From an uncultured bacterium (GTDB lineage Bacteria; Krumholzibacteriota; Krumholzibacteriia; Krumholzibacteriales; Krumholzibacteriaceae): a DNA stretch of 64,000 bases. Below the pieces are notes generated by a model. That model had not been told where the DNA came from and ran no database searches. It saw nothing but the letters and a program-made list of their open reading frames with translations. Shown here piece after piece: positions 9,994-19,165 of this stretch (positions within the stretch are counted from its first letter, which is position 1; every line of letters begins with the position of its first letter). A program made the position numbers and the translations under genes. The stretch spans positions 174,947 through 238,946 of the forward strand of contig CAWJVO010000009.1 of assembly GCA_963846325.1 (NCBI GenBank), written 5' to 3'.

Positions 9994-10719
9994 TCAGTAC
10001 CGCACGAGCAGATTCACTCCGACGTTCCCCTCGGACGCGCGAGCCTCGACCTTGAATCTCATATCGTCGAGCTTCGCGTCCACGTACGCGTCGATGACGA
10101 TCCCGAGAATCACCGCTCCCGACCACCATATCCAGTCGATCGATCGCTCCCAGTATTCCGTCACCCACCGGTCGTGATTCTTCCATTCGGACGACGTTTC
10201 CAAATGCTCTTCGCGCAGGATCTTCTCGCGCGCGCACATGCGCCGGTTCATGGCTATCTGGCTCAGGTAGAAGGTCTCCAGTCCGAGCGCGATCCCGGCC
10301 TTGATCGGCTTCCCGTTGTATATCTGGCCGAGCCCCGGAACGAGCACGGCGCATGCCATCGCGACCCGCCCGTTCCTGCGCTCCTCGTATGCCGCGCCTT
10401 CCTCGCTCCCGCCGGTCTCGCCGCGGAGCACTCCCTTGAGCTCATCCATCGTCCACAGCGGCTTCCTTCCCTCCGCCGCGATCGAATCTGTCCGGGCGCG
10501 GGCGGTCGTGTCCCGCGCCGCGGCGACGGCGGTGTCTCTCGCCGCGGCGGCGGTGGTATCCCGCGCCGCGCGCGAGATCGTGTCCTGAGCGGCGCTCGCC
10601 ATCGCGACGGGATCGACGGCCGCCGACGCGGACCGGACAGACGCTCCCGCCCATGCGAGGGCGCACGCCGCCGCGAGCATCGCCCACCGGGACTTCGTCC
10701 AGCGGTCATCTGCCGACAT
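9994..10719 (-). CDS. Exported/membrane protein, DUF5683-like
   Basis: Signal peptide, AARDT repeat linker, VPGLGQIYNGK motif, IDAYVDAKL C-terminal motif. Confidence 0.6.
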   Translation of the reverse strand: MSADDRWTKSRWAMLAAACALAWAGASVRSASAAVDPVAMASAAQDTISRAARDTTAAAARDTAVAAARDTTARARTDSIAAEGRKPLWTMDELKGVLRGETGGSEEGAAYEERRNGRVAMACAVLVPGLGQIYNGKPIKAGIALGLETFYLSQIAMNRRMCAREKILREEHLETSSEWKNHDRWVTEYWERSIDWIWWSGAVILGIVIDAYVDAKLDDMRFKVEARASEGNVGVNLLVRY

Positions 10720-10754
10720 GGCGCAATTCCTTTTTCGCCGCGGTCGTTCGAAAA

Positions 10755-10852
10755 TGGCGGGAACGTGTGGGAATCGAACCCACCCCGGATGGTTTTAGCA
10801 CCCGGCAGAAGGATTTGAAGTCCTCGAGGTCCACCAGAACCCATCCGCTCCC
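10755..10852 (-). tRNA. selC: tRNA-Sec (anticodon UCA)
   Basis: Folds as GGGAGCGG-AT-GGGTTC(TGGT)GGACCT-C-GAGGA(CTTCAAA)TCCTT-long variable arm-GTGGG(TTCGATT)CCCAC-ACGTTCCC-GCCA: 6-bp D stem with 4-nt loop, UCA anticodon, G73 discriminator, encoded CCA. Confidence 0.93.
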
Positions 10853-10895
10853 GTACGGTCAATAATAATGGTCGCGGGGAATCGTGTAAAGCCGT

Positions 10896-11279
10896 TCATG
10901 CCCCCAGATAGGCGATCGCTTCGATCTCGACGAGAGCGCCGAGCGGCAATCTCGCCACCTGGTAGGCCGCGCGCGCGGGAGGCTCGCCGGCGAAGAATCG
11001 CGCATACACCTCGTTGAGCCTCGCAAAATCATCCATCGACTGAAGGAGCACGGTCGTCTTGACGACGTTCGCGAACGTTCCGCCGGCGGCTTCGAGTATG
11101 GCGCCTATGTTCTTGAGAGCCCGCTCGGCCTCGGAAGCGACGCCCCCCTCCACCATCTTCTTCGTCGCGGGATCGAGCCCGAGCTGCCCCGAAACGAACA
11201 GGAAATCACCCGCGCGAATCGCCTGACTGTACGGTCCGATCGCGGCGGGCGCCGCGCCCGTTTGCACCGGTATTTTCAT
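10896..11279 (-). CDS. ridA: RidA/YjgF enamine-imine deaminase
   Basis: APAAIGPYSQA, SGQLG, PPARA, LPLGALVEIEAIA. Confidence 0.9.
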   Translation of the reverse strand: MKIPVQTGAAPAAIGPYSQAIRAGDFLFVSGQLGLDPATKKMVEGGVASEAERALKNIGAILEAAGGTFANVVKTTVLLQSMDDFARLNEVYARFFAGEPPARAAYQVARLPLGALVEIEAIAYLGA

Positions 11280-11325
11280 CGCGCCTCCTTGCCGTGCCGC
11301 GTATCTCCCGCGGCGGTTCAACGAC

Positions 11326-13158
11326 CTATTCGACCGTGACGCTCTTCGCGAGGTTGCGCGGCTGATCGACGTTGCAGCCTCTCAGCACGGCGATGTGGTA
11401 CGCGAGGAGCTGGAGCGGAATAACCGCGAGGATCGGATAGAGGAAATCGAGCGTCCGCGGGATGTAGATGACGTGATCCGCCATCTCGACGACCTCGCTG
11501 TTCCCCTCGTTCGTGATCGCGATTATCTTTCCCTTCCGCGCCTTCACCTCGCAGATGTTGCCGACGATCTTCTGGTACGCGTTGTCGCGGGGGCAGATGA
11601 AAACGACCGGCATGTTTTCGTCGATCAGGGCGATCGGCCCGTGCTTCATCTCGGCCGCGGGATATCCTTCCGCGTGGAGATATGAAATCTCCTTGAGCTT
11701 GAGAGCGCCTTCCAGGGCCACCGGGTAGTTCGCGCCCCTGCCGAGGTAAAGGAAATTGCTGTGGTGGTAATACTCCTCGGCGATCGTGCGGATCGCCTCG
11801 TTCATGGTGAGAATCTCGGCCACCTGGTCGGGAACGCGCATGAGCGCCTCGATGATCTTCTGCCCTTCGGAGGACGAGATCGTCCTGAGACGCCCGAACA
11901 CGAGCGCGAGAAGCGAGAGTACGGTTATCTGCGAGGTGAACGCCTTCGTCGAGGCGACGCCGATCTCGGGGCCCGCGTGGATGTATACGCCCGCGTGCGA
12001 TTCGCGCGCGATCGTGCTCCCGACGACGTTGCAGATGCCCATGCAGCGCGCTCCGCGCTTTTCCGCCTCGCGCAGCGCCGCGAGCGTGTCGACCGTCTCC
12101 CCCGACTGGCTGATCGCAAAGACGACCGTTCCCTCTTCGATGACGGGGTTGCGGTAGCGGAACTCGCTCGCGTATTCGACCTCCACCGGAATGCGGGTCT
12201 TTTCCTCGATCATGTATTCGCCGATGAGGCCGGCGTGCCAGCTCGTCCCGCAGCCGATGAGAAGTATCCGCTTCACGGCCCGAAGCTGCTCCTCGCTCAT
12301 GTCGAGCCCGCCGAGGCGCACGTCGCCGGTCGACGGGATGAGGCGCCCGCGCATCGCGTTCCTGATCGTCTCGGGCTGCTCGAAGATCTCCTTCAGCATG
12401 AAATGGGCGTGCCCGCCCTTCTCGATCATCTCGAGATCCCAATCGACCTCGTGAACGTCGTGGCTCACGTACTCGTTCTCGATCGTCATCGTGGTGAAAT
12501 TGTCGCGCGTGGCGACGATCATCTCGTGATCTTCGAGATAAATGACCTGGCGCGTATGCTTGAGAATCGCCGCGACGTCGCTCGCGACGATGAATTCGTC
12601 CTCGCCGATTCCCATCACGATGGGCGATCCGTTGCGGGCGGCGACCATCTTGTCGGGCTCCGTCGCCGACACGACGAGGATGCCGTACGTGCCTTCGACC
12701 TTCTCGAGCGCCTTGCGGACAGCCACCTCGAGATCGCGGCCGGTGTAATACTTCTCGATGAGATGGACGAGCGTCTCGGTGTCGGTCTCCGTCGTGAAAA
12801 CGTGATTCTCCGCCTGGAGGGACTTCTTGAGCGTCTGGTAATTCTCGATGATCCCGTTATGGATGAGGGCGATGCGCTTTGAGCAATCGAAATGCGGGTG
12901 GGCGTTCGTCCGATTCGGCTCGCCGTGTGTCGCCCATCGCGTATGCGCGATGCCGAGATGCCCGCTCAAATCGACGCCCTTGAGCTTGTCCTCGAGCTGC
13001 TGGATCTTCCCCGCCGTCTTTTCCCACTGGAGGGCCCCGTCGCGCACGATCGCGATGCCGGCCGAATCGTACCCCCGGTACTCGAGGCGCTTGAGCCCCT
13101 CGATGAGAATCGCGCCGACGTCATTGCTCTTGCCGATATATCCGATGATTCCGCACAT
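11326..13158 (-). CDS. glmS: Glutamine--fructose-6-phosphate aminotransferase
   Basis: N-terminal MCGIIG, LEYRGYDSAG, HTRWATHG, C-terminal PRNLAKSVTVE. Confidence 0.98.
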   Translation of the reverse strand: MCGIIGYIGKSNDVGAILIEGLKRLEYRGYDSAGIAIVRDGALQWEKTAGKIQQLEDKLKGVDLSGHLGIAHTRWATHGEPNRTNAHPHFDCSKRIALIHNGIIENYQTLKKSLQAENHVFTTETDTETLVHLIEKYYTGRDLEVAVRKALEKVEGTYGILVVSATEPDKMVAARNGSPIVMGIGEDEFIVASDVAAILKHTRQVIYLEDHEMIVATRDNFTTMTIENEYVSHDVHEVDWDLEMIEKGGHAHFMLKEIFEQPETIRNAMRGRLIPSTGDVRLGGLDMSEEQLRAVKRILLIGCGTSWHAGLIGEYMIEEKTRIPVEVEYASEFRYRNPVIEEGTVVFAISQSGETVDTLAALREAEKRGARCMGICNVVGSTIARESHAGVYIHAGPEIGVASTKAFTSQITVLSLLALVFGRLRTISSSEGQKIIEALMRVPDQVAEILTMNEAIRTIAEEYYHHSNFLYLGRGANYPVALEGALKLKEISYLHAEGYPAAEMKHGPIALIDENMPVVFICPRDNAYQKIVGNICEVKARKGKIIAITNEGNSEVVEMADHVIYIPRTLDFLYPILAVIPLQLLAYHIAVLRGCNVDQPRNLAKSVTVE

Positions 13159-13169
13159 ACAAGCACCTC

Positions 13170-14516
13170 TTATAAAACAGCGCCCGCTTCTTTCACGAGG
13201 CTCCGCGCTTCTTCGATCGAGCGAGCCTCAGCGATGATCCTGACGACAGGCTCCGTGTTGGACTTGCGCAGATGCACCCATCCGCTTTCCATATCAATTC
13301 TTATACCATCTATCGCGGTCACCCTGCCCGAAAACCTCTTCGAGAGCGACTTTTCGGCGAGGGCGAAATCGCCTTTCAACGCAACCTTTTCTTTTACAAT
13401 GAAATAGCGCGGGAGCGAGCCCGCCTTCTTCGAAAGGGGCACACCCGCCTCCGCGAGCGATTGCAGCACGAGAGCCGCTCCGACCATGGCGTCCCGGCCG
13501 TAGTGGAGCTTCGGATAGATGACTCCGCCGTTCCCCTCTCCGCCGACGGCCGCGCGCGTCTCCTTCATGAGCGTCGCGACGTGAGCCTCTCCCACCTTCG
13601 AGCGGTGAACGCTCGCCCCGTGCGCCGCGCCGACGTCGTCGATGACGCGGCTCGTCGAGAGATTGGCGACGAGCGCGCCCTTCTCCTCCCCGAGCACGAA
13701 ATCAGCGGCGATCGCGAGCGTGAGCTCCTCGCTGAGCACGGCGCCCGTTTCGTCGACAAGGACGAGCCGGTCGCCGTCAGGGTCGCAGGCGAGACCGATA
13801 TCCGCCTGTTCCCGCGCCACCGCTTTCGAGAGCTCCGCCAGGTTCTGGGGTTTCGGCTCCGGATCGTGGGGAAACGGCGCCTCGACGTCGGTATAGAGCT
13901 CGACGACGGCGAGGCCGAGACTCCTGAGCAGAGACGGCAAAATGCGGCTGCCCGCCCCGTTCACGCAATCGACGACCGCACTGAGCCCGCGCGCCGCGAT
14001 TCTCTCCCGATCGATGCGCTCCAGCGCGAGGATCTTCCCGATATGAATCTCGTCCCCGGAGCCGTTCGCGGCGAGCGAACCGAATCTCTGCGCCGAGTCG
14101 AAAAGGCACTCCGTGCCGAGAGCCCGCTTCGTGATATCCCCCATCGCCTCCGCGGACAGGAATTCGCCGTTCGAATCGAGGAATTTCAGCGCGTTCCATT
14201 CCGGCCCGTTGTGGCTCGCCGTGACGACGATGCCGCCGGCGGCCCCGAGCTCAACGGTCATGATCTCGACCGTCGGCGTCGAGGAGACGCCGAGATCGAC
14301 GACCCTGATTCCCTTGAACCGGAGCGCCGTCGCGACCGCGGAAACGATGAGCGGTCCCGAGGCCCTCGTATCGCGGCCGATCACGACGAGAGCGCCCGCG
14401 GACAGCCGCGAAGCGTATGCCGCGCTGAACCGCGCGGCGATTTCCGGATTCATGCCGCTCCCGACGATCCCCCGCACGCCGGAAACACCGGCCATCAAAT
14501 CGTTGCGTTCGGGCAC
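13170..14516 (-). CDS. glmM: Phosphoglucosamine mutase / phosphohexomutase
   Basis: VTASHN phosphoserine motif, DPDGDR metal loop, GEGNGG, RKSNTEP; directly upstream of glmS. Confidence 0.85.
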   Translation of the reverse strand: MPERNDLMAGVSGVRGIVGSGMNPEIAARFSAAYASRLSAGALVVIGRDTRASGPLIVSAVATALRFKGIRVVDLGVSSTPTVEIMTVELGAAGGIVVTASHNGPEWNALKFLDSNGEFLSAEAMGDITKRALGTECLFDSAQRFGSLAANGSGDEIHIGKILALERIDRERIAARGLSAVVDCVNGAGSRILPSLLRSLGLAVVELYTDVEAPFPHDPEPKPQNLAELSKAVAREQADIGLACDPDGDRLVLVDETGAVLSEELTLAIAADFVLGEEKGALVANLSTSRVIDDVGAAHGASVHRSKVGEAHVATLMKETRAAVGGEGNGGVIYPKLHYGRDAMVGAALVLQSLAEAGVPLSKKAGSLPRYFIVKEKVALKGDFALAEKSLSKRFSGRVTAIDGIRIDMESGWVHLRKSNTEPVVRIIAEARSIEEARSLVKEAGAVL

Positions 14517-14634
14517 GCTGCTCCTCCCGTTTGAACCGATGAAATTATACGCTATTATTCCCGGCGGGGCGCAATAAAAATGCCCGGCCGCTACCGACGA
14601 CCGGACAACAGGTTACGGAATATCACCCCGGCGT

Positions 14635-15180
14635 TCATTCCCGCACTTCGTCGAACGCCCGCTTGAAGGATTTGAAATTCCGCGCGGCGATTCTTCCGAA
14701 TCGGTGCTCCAGGGGTTTCTCGATCGATTCGGGCTTTATGACGCCGGTCATCTTGACCGCGGCGCCGAGCATCGTCGTGTTCGTGATCGCCCGCCCGAGC
14801 TCCTCGACCGCGATCTTCGTGGCGTCGACGGTCGCGACGCGGAATCCCTCGTATCCGAACTCCTTTGTGATCTCTTCGGGGCTCTTCGCCGTGTTAATGA
14901 CGAGAACGCCCCCCTTCTTGATGCCCTTGTGGGGACCTGCGATCTTGAGCAGGCTCGGATCGAGAACGATGACGACGTCGGGTGCGCCCACGGCGAAGCG
15001 CATTTTGATCGGCTTGTCGTCGACGCGCGAGAAAGCGACGACCGGCGCGCCGCGGCGTTCGGGGCCGAAGCTCGGGAAGCTCTGCGCGTAGCGGCCCTCG
15101 CTGATGGCGGCGACCGCGAGAAGCTCCGCGCTCGTCACCGCGCCCTGCCCGCCCCGTCCATGGAATCGTATCTCCAGCAT
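14635..15180 (-). CDS. porC: Pyruvate/2-oxoacid:ferredoxin oxidoreductase gamma subunit
   Basis: EIRFHGRGGQGAVT, FPSFGPERRGAPV, NTTMLGA. Confidence 0.92.
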   Translation of the reverse strand: MLEIRFHGRGGQGAVTSAELLAVAAISEGRYAQSFPSFGPERRGAPVVAFSRVDDKPIKMRFAVGAPDVVIVLDPSLLKIAGPHKGIKKGGVLVINTAKSPEEITKEFGYEGFRVATVDATKIAVEELGRAITNTTMLGAAVKMTGVIKPESIEKPLEHRFGRIAARNFKSFKRAFDEVRE

Positions 15181-15187
15181 ATCGTCC

Positions 15188-15913
15188 CTACTTCTTCGTC
15201 GAACGGCAATCGATGCACGTATCGAAATGATCCGCCGGAAGATTCGCTATCTTCCGGAAATATTCGAGCTGCTTCACCGGGGCGAAATACTTTCCGCACT
15301 TCGAGCACTTCGCCATCGGGAATTCGGTCTTCCAGATCGTCCGGACGCCGTCGTGCTCGTCCATCGGAATCACGCCCACGGGGCATACGTAATGGCATGA
15401 ACCGCACGCGATGCACGCGGCGGGGGCTTCGTTGAACGGCGTGGCGATCTTGCGCGCCGGCCCCCGTGACTCGAACCCGATCGCGGAGACGCCCACGACT
15501 TCGCGGCACACGCGCACGCATTGGCCGCACATGATGCAGCCCTTGAAATCGACGGCGAAACGGGATTTTTCGATCCCGAGCTCGACCGCCATCTTCCTGA
15601 GAACGGGGTGATTCGGGTTCCTCGCGAGCAGAAGATGCATGACGAGGGTGCGCACGTTCCGCACGCGTTCGGTGTCCGTCTTGACCTCGAGACCTTCGGA
15701 AGCCTCCGCGATGCACGAAACGACGAGCTTCGTCCGTTTCTTGTGCGTCGTCTCGACCATGCACATGCGGCAGGCGCCGTACGGGGCGAGCTCCTCGTTA
15801 TGGCAGAGGTTCGGGATGAGAATGTTGGCGCTCTTCGCGGCCTCGAGGATCGTGGTCCCCGCGGGAGCCTCGACCGATCTTCCGTCTATCGTGAACGTGA
15901 CCATTTCCGCCAT
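15188..15913 (-). CDS. Short NuoG/HydA-N-terminal-like Fe-S subunit (BfuA-like, no catalytic domain)
   Basis: [2Fe-2S] motif LCH...GACRMC...SC; two [4Fe-4S] motifs CIMCGQCVRVC and CIACGSCHYVCP; extra C-terminal CSKC...CIDC; no H-cluster or Mo-cofactor domain. Confidence 0.85.
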   Translation of the reverse strand: MAEMVTFTIDGRSVEAPAGTTILEAAKSANILIPNLCHNEELAPYGACRMCMVETTHKKRTKLVVSCIAEASEGLEVKTDTERVRNVRTLVMHLLLARNPNHPVLRKMAVELGIEKSRFAVDFKGCIMCGQCVRVCREVVGVSAIGFESRGPARKIATPFNEAPAACIACGSCHYVCPVGVIPMDEHDGVRTIWKTEFPMAKCSKCGKYFAPVKQLEYFRKIANLPADHFDTCIDCRSTKK

Positions 15914-17766
15914 TACTTCACCTGTATCGCATCGAACTTGCACGCGTCGTAGCAGGCGCCGCACTTGATGCACGTTTCCTGGTCGATCGTATGGACCTTC
16001 TTCTTTTCGCCGGTCGCCGCTTTAGTCGGACAAACGCGCGCGCACGCGGTGCATCCGGTGCAGTTGTCTTTCACGACCGAGTACGAGACGAGAGGCTTGC
16101 AGACCCCCGCCGGACATTTCTTGTCGCGGATGTGCGCGAGGTACTCGTCCCTGAAATAGCGGATCGTCGTGAGCACCGGATTCGGAGCCGAACCGCCGAG
16201 CGCGCAGAGGGAACCGTCGACGACGCCCGCGCCGATCCATTCGAGCGCCTCGATGTCGCTTTCCTCCCCCTTCCCCTCGGTGATCCGGTCGAGGATGATC
16301 CTCATCTGCTTGACGCCCTCGCGGCACGGCGTGCACTTGCCGCACGATTCCTCTTCGAGGAACTTGAGGAAGTACTTGGCGACGTCGACCATGCAGCTCC
16401 GGTCGTCCATGACGATCATGCCGCCGGACCCCATCATCGAGCCGACCTTCGCGAGCTCGTCGAAATCGACCGGCATGTCGAGGAACTGCTCGGGAATGCA
16501 GCCTCCCGAGGGGCCTCCCGTCTGGATCGCCTTGAATTTCCTCCCCTTGGGAATTCCGCCGCCGATGCCGAACACGATCTCCCTGAGCGTGATCCCCATC
16601 GGGACCTCGACGAGACCGGTGTTGTTGATCTTTCCGACGAGGGAAAATATCTTCGTGCCCTTGCTGTTCTCCGTGCCGATCTTCGCGTACCAGCCGGCCC
16701 CCTTGTCGACGATGAGCGGCACGTTCGCCCACGTCTCGACGTTGTTGAGGCAGGTGGGTTTGTCGAAAAGCCCGCGATCCGTGGCGTGCACGTACTTTTG
16801 ACGGGGCTCTCCGGCGCGCCCCTCGATCGAGGCGAAGAGCGCCGACGATTCGCCGCACACGAACGCCCCGCCGCCGCGGTTGATCGCGACGTCGAAGCTG
16901 AAGCCCGTGCCGAGAATGCCGTCGCCGAGAAGACCGTATTCGCGCGCTTTGTCGATCGCGCGCGTGATGTTGCTCACCGCGAGCGGGTATTCGTTGCGGA
17001 CGTAGATGTATCCTTTGCTCGAGCCGATCGCATACGCGCCGATGATCATCCCCTCGAGGACCGCGTGAGGATTCCCCTCGAGAAGGCTCCGGTCCATGTA
17101 CGCGCCGGGATCCCCTTCGTCCGCGTTGCAGATGACGTACTTGGGCTCGCCTTTCGCCTTGCGGGTCGAATCCCACTTCCACCCGGTCGGAAATCCGCCG
17201 CCTCCCCTGCCGCGCAGGTTCGCCTTGATGATCTCCTCGACGACCCCCTCGGGCTTCATTCCCGCGAGCGCCTTGGCGAGGGCGGAATAGCCGCCGATAG
17301 CGAGATAATCGTCGATGTTCGTCGGGTCGATCTGCCCGTTCATCCCGAATATGAGCCGTGTCTGCTTCTTGTAGAACGGAACGTCGTGCTCGTGGAGAAT
17401 CTTCTCCTTCGTGACGGGATCACGATAGACGAGGCGGTCGATGACTTCGTCCTTGAGCACGGTCTTCGCGATGATCTCCGCCGCGTCGTCGAGCTTGACG
17501 CGCTGATAGAAAATCCCCTTGGGGTGAATGACGACGAGGGGGCCGCGCTCGCAGAATCCGTGGCAACCGCTCGTCCGCACGTCGACCTTCCCCTCGAGTT
17601 TCTGCTTCGCGATCTCCGAGCGGAAGTTGTCGATGAGCTTCTGCGTGCCGTACGCGAGGCAGCCGGTGCCCGCGCAGATGACGACGCACGGTTTCTTCGG
17701 ATCGCGCGCCTTCCGAAGGGCGTCCTGCAGGCTCGCAAGGTCCTTCGCCGATTTAAGCTTCTTCAT
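15913..17766 (-). CDS. NuoF/HydB-like FMN/NADH subunit (BfuB-like)
   Basis: N-terminal thioredoxin-like 2Fe-2S (CAGTGC, GCHGFC), LRGRGGGGFP, CNADEGDPGAYMDR, GGPSGG, ESCGKCTPCREG, C-terminal 2x[4Fe-4S] domain. Confidence 0.93.
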   Translation of the reverse strand: MKKLKSAKDLASLQDALRKARDPKKPCVVICAGTGCLAYGTQKLIDNFRSEIAKQKLEGKVDVRTSGCHGFCERGPLVVIHPKGIFYQRVKLDDAAEIIAKTVLKDEVIDRLVYRDPVTKEKILHEHDVPFYKKQTRLIFGMNGQIDPTNIDDYLAIGGYSALAKALAGMKPEGVVEEIIKANLRGRGGGGFPTGWKWDSTRKAKGEPKYVICNADEGDPGAYMDRSLLEGNPHAVLEGMIIGAYAIGSSKGYIYVRNEYPLAVSNITRAIDKAREYGLLGDGILGTGFSFDVAINRGGGAFVCGESSALFASIEGRAGEPRQKYVHATDRGLFDKPTCLNNVETWANVPLIVDKGAGWYAKIGTENSKGTKIFSLVGKINNTGLVEVPMGITLREIVFGIGGGIPKGRKFKAIQTGGPSGGCIPEQFLDMPVDFDELAKVGSMMGSGGMIVMDDRSCMVDVAKYFLKFLEEESCGKCTPCREGVKQMRIILDRITEGKGEESDIEALEWIGAGVVDGSLCALGGSAPNPVLTTIRYFRDEYLAHIRDKKCPAGVCKPLVSYSVVKDNCTGCTACARVCPTKAATGEKKKVHTIDQETCIKCGACYDACKFDAIQVK

Positions 17767-18229
17767 CGGTCTCTACTTTCGCGCCGATGCTCTTGAGCAC
17801 CGTGCTCGTTTTCGCGATCGTCATCTGTCCGTGATACTCGTCGTTCACGACGAGAATGGGGCCCAGAGCGCAGGCGCCGAGGCAGTTCACCGTCTCGAAG
17901 CTGAACTCGAGGTCCTTCGAAGTCTCTCCCGGCTTGAGGCCGAGCGTCCGTTCGACATGATCGGAGATCTGCGGGGCGCCGCGCACGTGGCACGCCGTCC
18001 CCACGCAGAGGCTCAAACGGTACTTGCCCTTCGGCGTAAGGCTGAACGCGCGATAGAACGTCGCCAGATGATAGACGAGACTCTGCGAAACGCCGAGGTT
18101 CGCGCAGAGCGCGTCGAGCGCCTCGCGGGGCAGATAGTTGAACTCGCGCTGGATATCCTGGAGAATGGGTATGATGAAGCTCTTGTCGCTTCCGTATTTC
18201 CCGATGATCGCTTTTACTTTTTCTTCCAT
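17753..18229 (-). CDS. NuoE/HydC-like 2Fe-2S subunit (BfuC-like)
   Basis: ATFY, CVGTACHVRG, CLGACALGP. Confidence 0.92.
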   Translation of the reverse strand: MEEKVKAIIGKYGSDKSFIIPILQDIQREFNYLPREALDALCANLGVSQSLVYHLATFYRAFSLTPKGKYRLSLCVGTACHVRGAPQISDHVERTLGLKPGETSKDLEFSFETVNCLGACALGPILVVNDEYHGQMTIAKTSTVLKSIGAKVETDEEA

Positions 18230-18238
18230 CGCCGTGCC

Positions 18239-19165
18239 CTACAGCATCGAAGCTTTCGCTTGAAGCTTCTCGTATTCCTTCGTGACCCGCGCCTGAATCT
18301 CGCCGATGAGCTCGGGCGTCAGATGCCTGAATCTCCCCTGCGGTTTCAGGTACTCCTCGACGGGCCGGAGCTTCGGCACGTCGACGGTGATCGTGTAACG
18401 CCCCTTTTCGAACTCGTAGAGCGGGAAAACGCCCGTCTCCACGGCGAGGCGGCCGATCCATATCGCCTTCTCGCTCGGAAGCCCCCAGCCGGTCGGGCAC
18501 ACGGAGAGAATGTGAATATACGCGGGGCCGTTCGCCCGCGCGGCCTTCTCGACCTTCCGCATGAGATCGAACGGGTAGCTCGAGCACGCCGTCGCGACGT
18601 AGGGGATATTGTGCGCCGCGGCGATCTCGGGCATGTTCTTCTTCCACGTCACCTGCCCCGCCTTGGCTTTTCCCGCGGGGGACGTCGTCGTGGAGGCGCC
18701 GAAGGGCGTCGCCGACGATCTCTGGACGCCGGTGTTCATGTACGCCTCGTTGTCGTAGCAGACGTAGATGAACTTGTGCCCGCGCTCCAGCGCTCCGGAA
18801 AGCGCCTGCAGCCCGATGTCGCTCGTCCCTCCGTCTCCGCCCATGCCGAGGAAAATGGTGCCCTTGTCGGGGAGCCTCCCCTTGCGTACGAGCGCCTTCG
18901 TGCCTCCCTCCGCTCCGGTGATGACCGCCGCCGCGTTCTCGAAGGCGACGTGGATCCAGGGCACGTTCCAGTTCGTGAAGGGGAACGGGGAGGAAACGAT
19001 CTCCATGCAGCCGGTCGCGCTCCCCACGATCACGTTGGAGCCGAGCGCCTTCGCGACGAGCCTCACGGCGAGCGCCTCGGCGCAGCCCTGGCACGCGCGG
19101 TGGCCCGGCGAGAAGTATTCGCGCTTCGTCACGAGCCGGGACGCATAGACGTTGAGAGATTCCAT
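18239..19165 (-). CDS. porB: Pyruvate:ferredoxin oxidoreductase beta subunit (TPP-binding)
   Basis: GHRACQGC, AFENAAA, GGDGG...YDNEAYMNTGVQRS, CPTGW. Confidence 0.93.
   Translation of the reverse strand: MESLNVYASRLVTKREYFSPGHRACQGCAEALAVRLVAKALGSNVIVGSATGCMEIVSSPFPFTNWNVPWIHVAFENAAAVITGAEGGTKALVRKGRLPDKGTIFLGMGGDGGTSDIGLQALSGALERGHKFIYVCYDNEAYMNTGVQRSSATPFGASTTTSPAGKAKAGQVTWKKNMPEIAAAHNIPYVATACSSYPFDLMRKVEKAARANGPAYIHILSVCPTGWGLPSEKAIWIGRLAVETGVFPLYEFEKGRYTITVDVPKLRPVEEYLKPQGRFRHLTPELIGEIQARVTKEYEKLQAKASML

Noticed and set aside
15188-18229. Respiratory complex I (nuoEFG) or [FeFe]-hydrogenase/formate dehydrogenase
   Set aside because: No membrane nuo genes are present, and the NuoG-like subunits of both clusters are ~245 aa with no H-cluster or molybdopterin domain.
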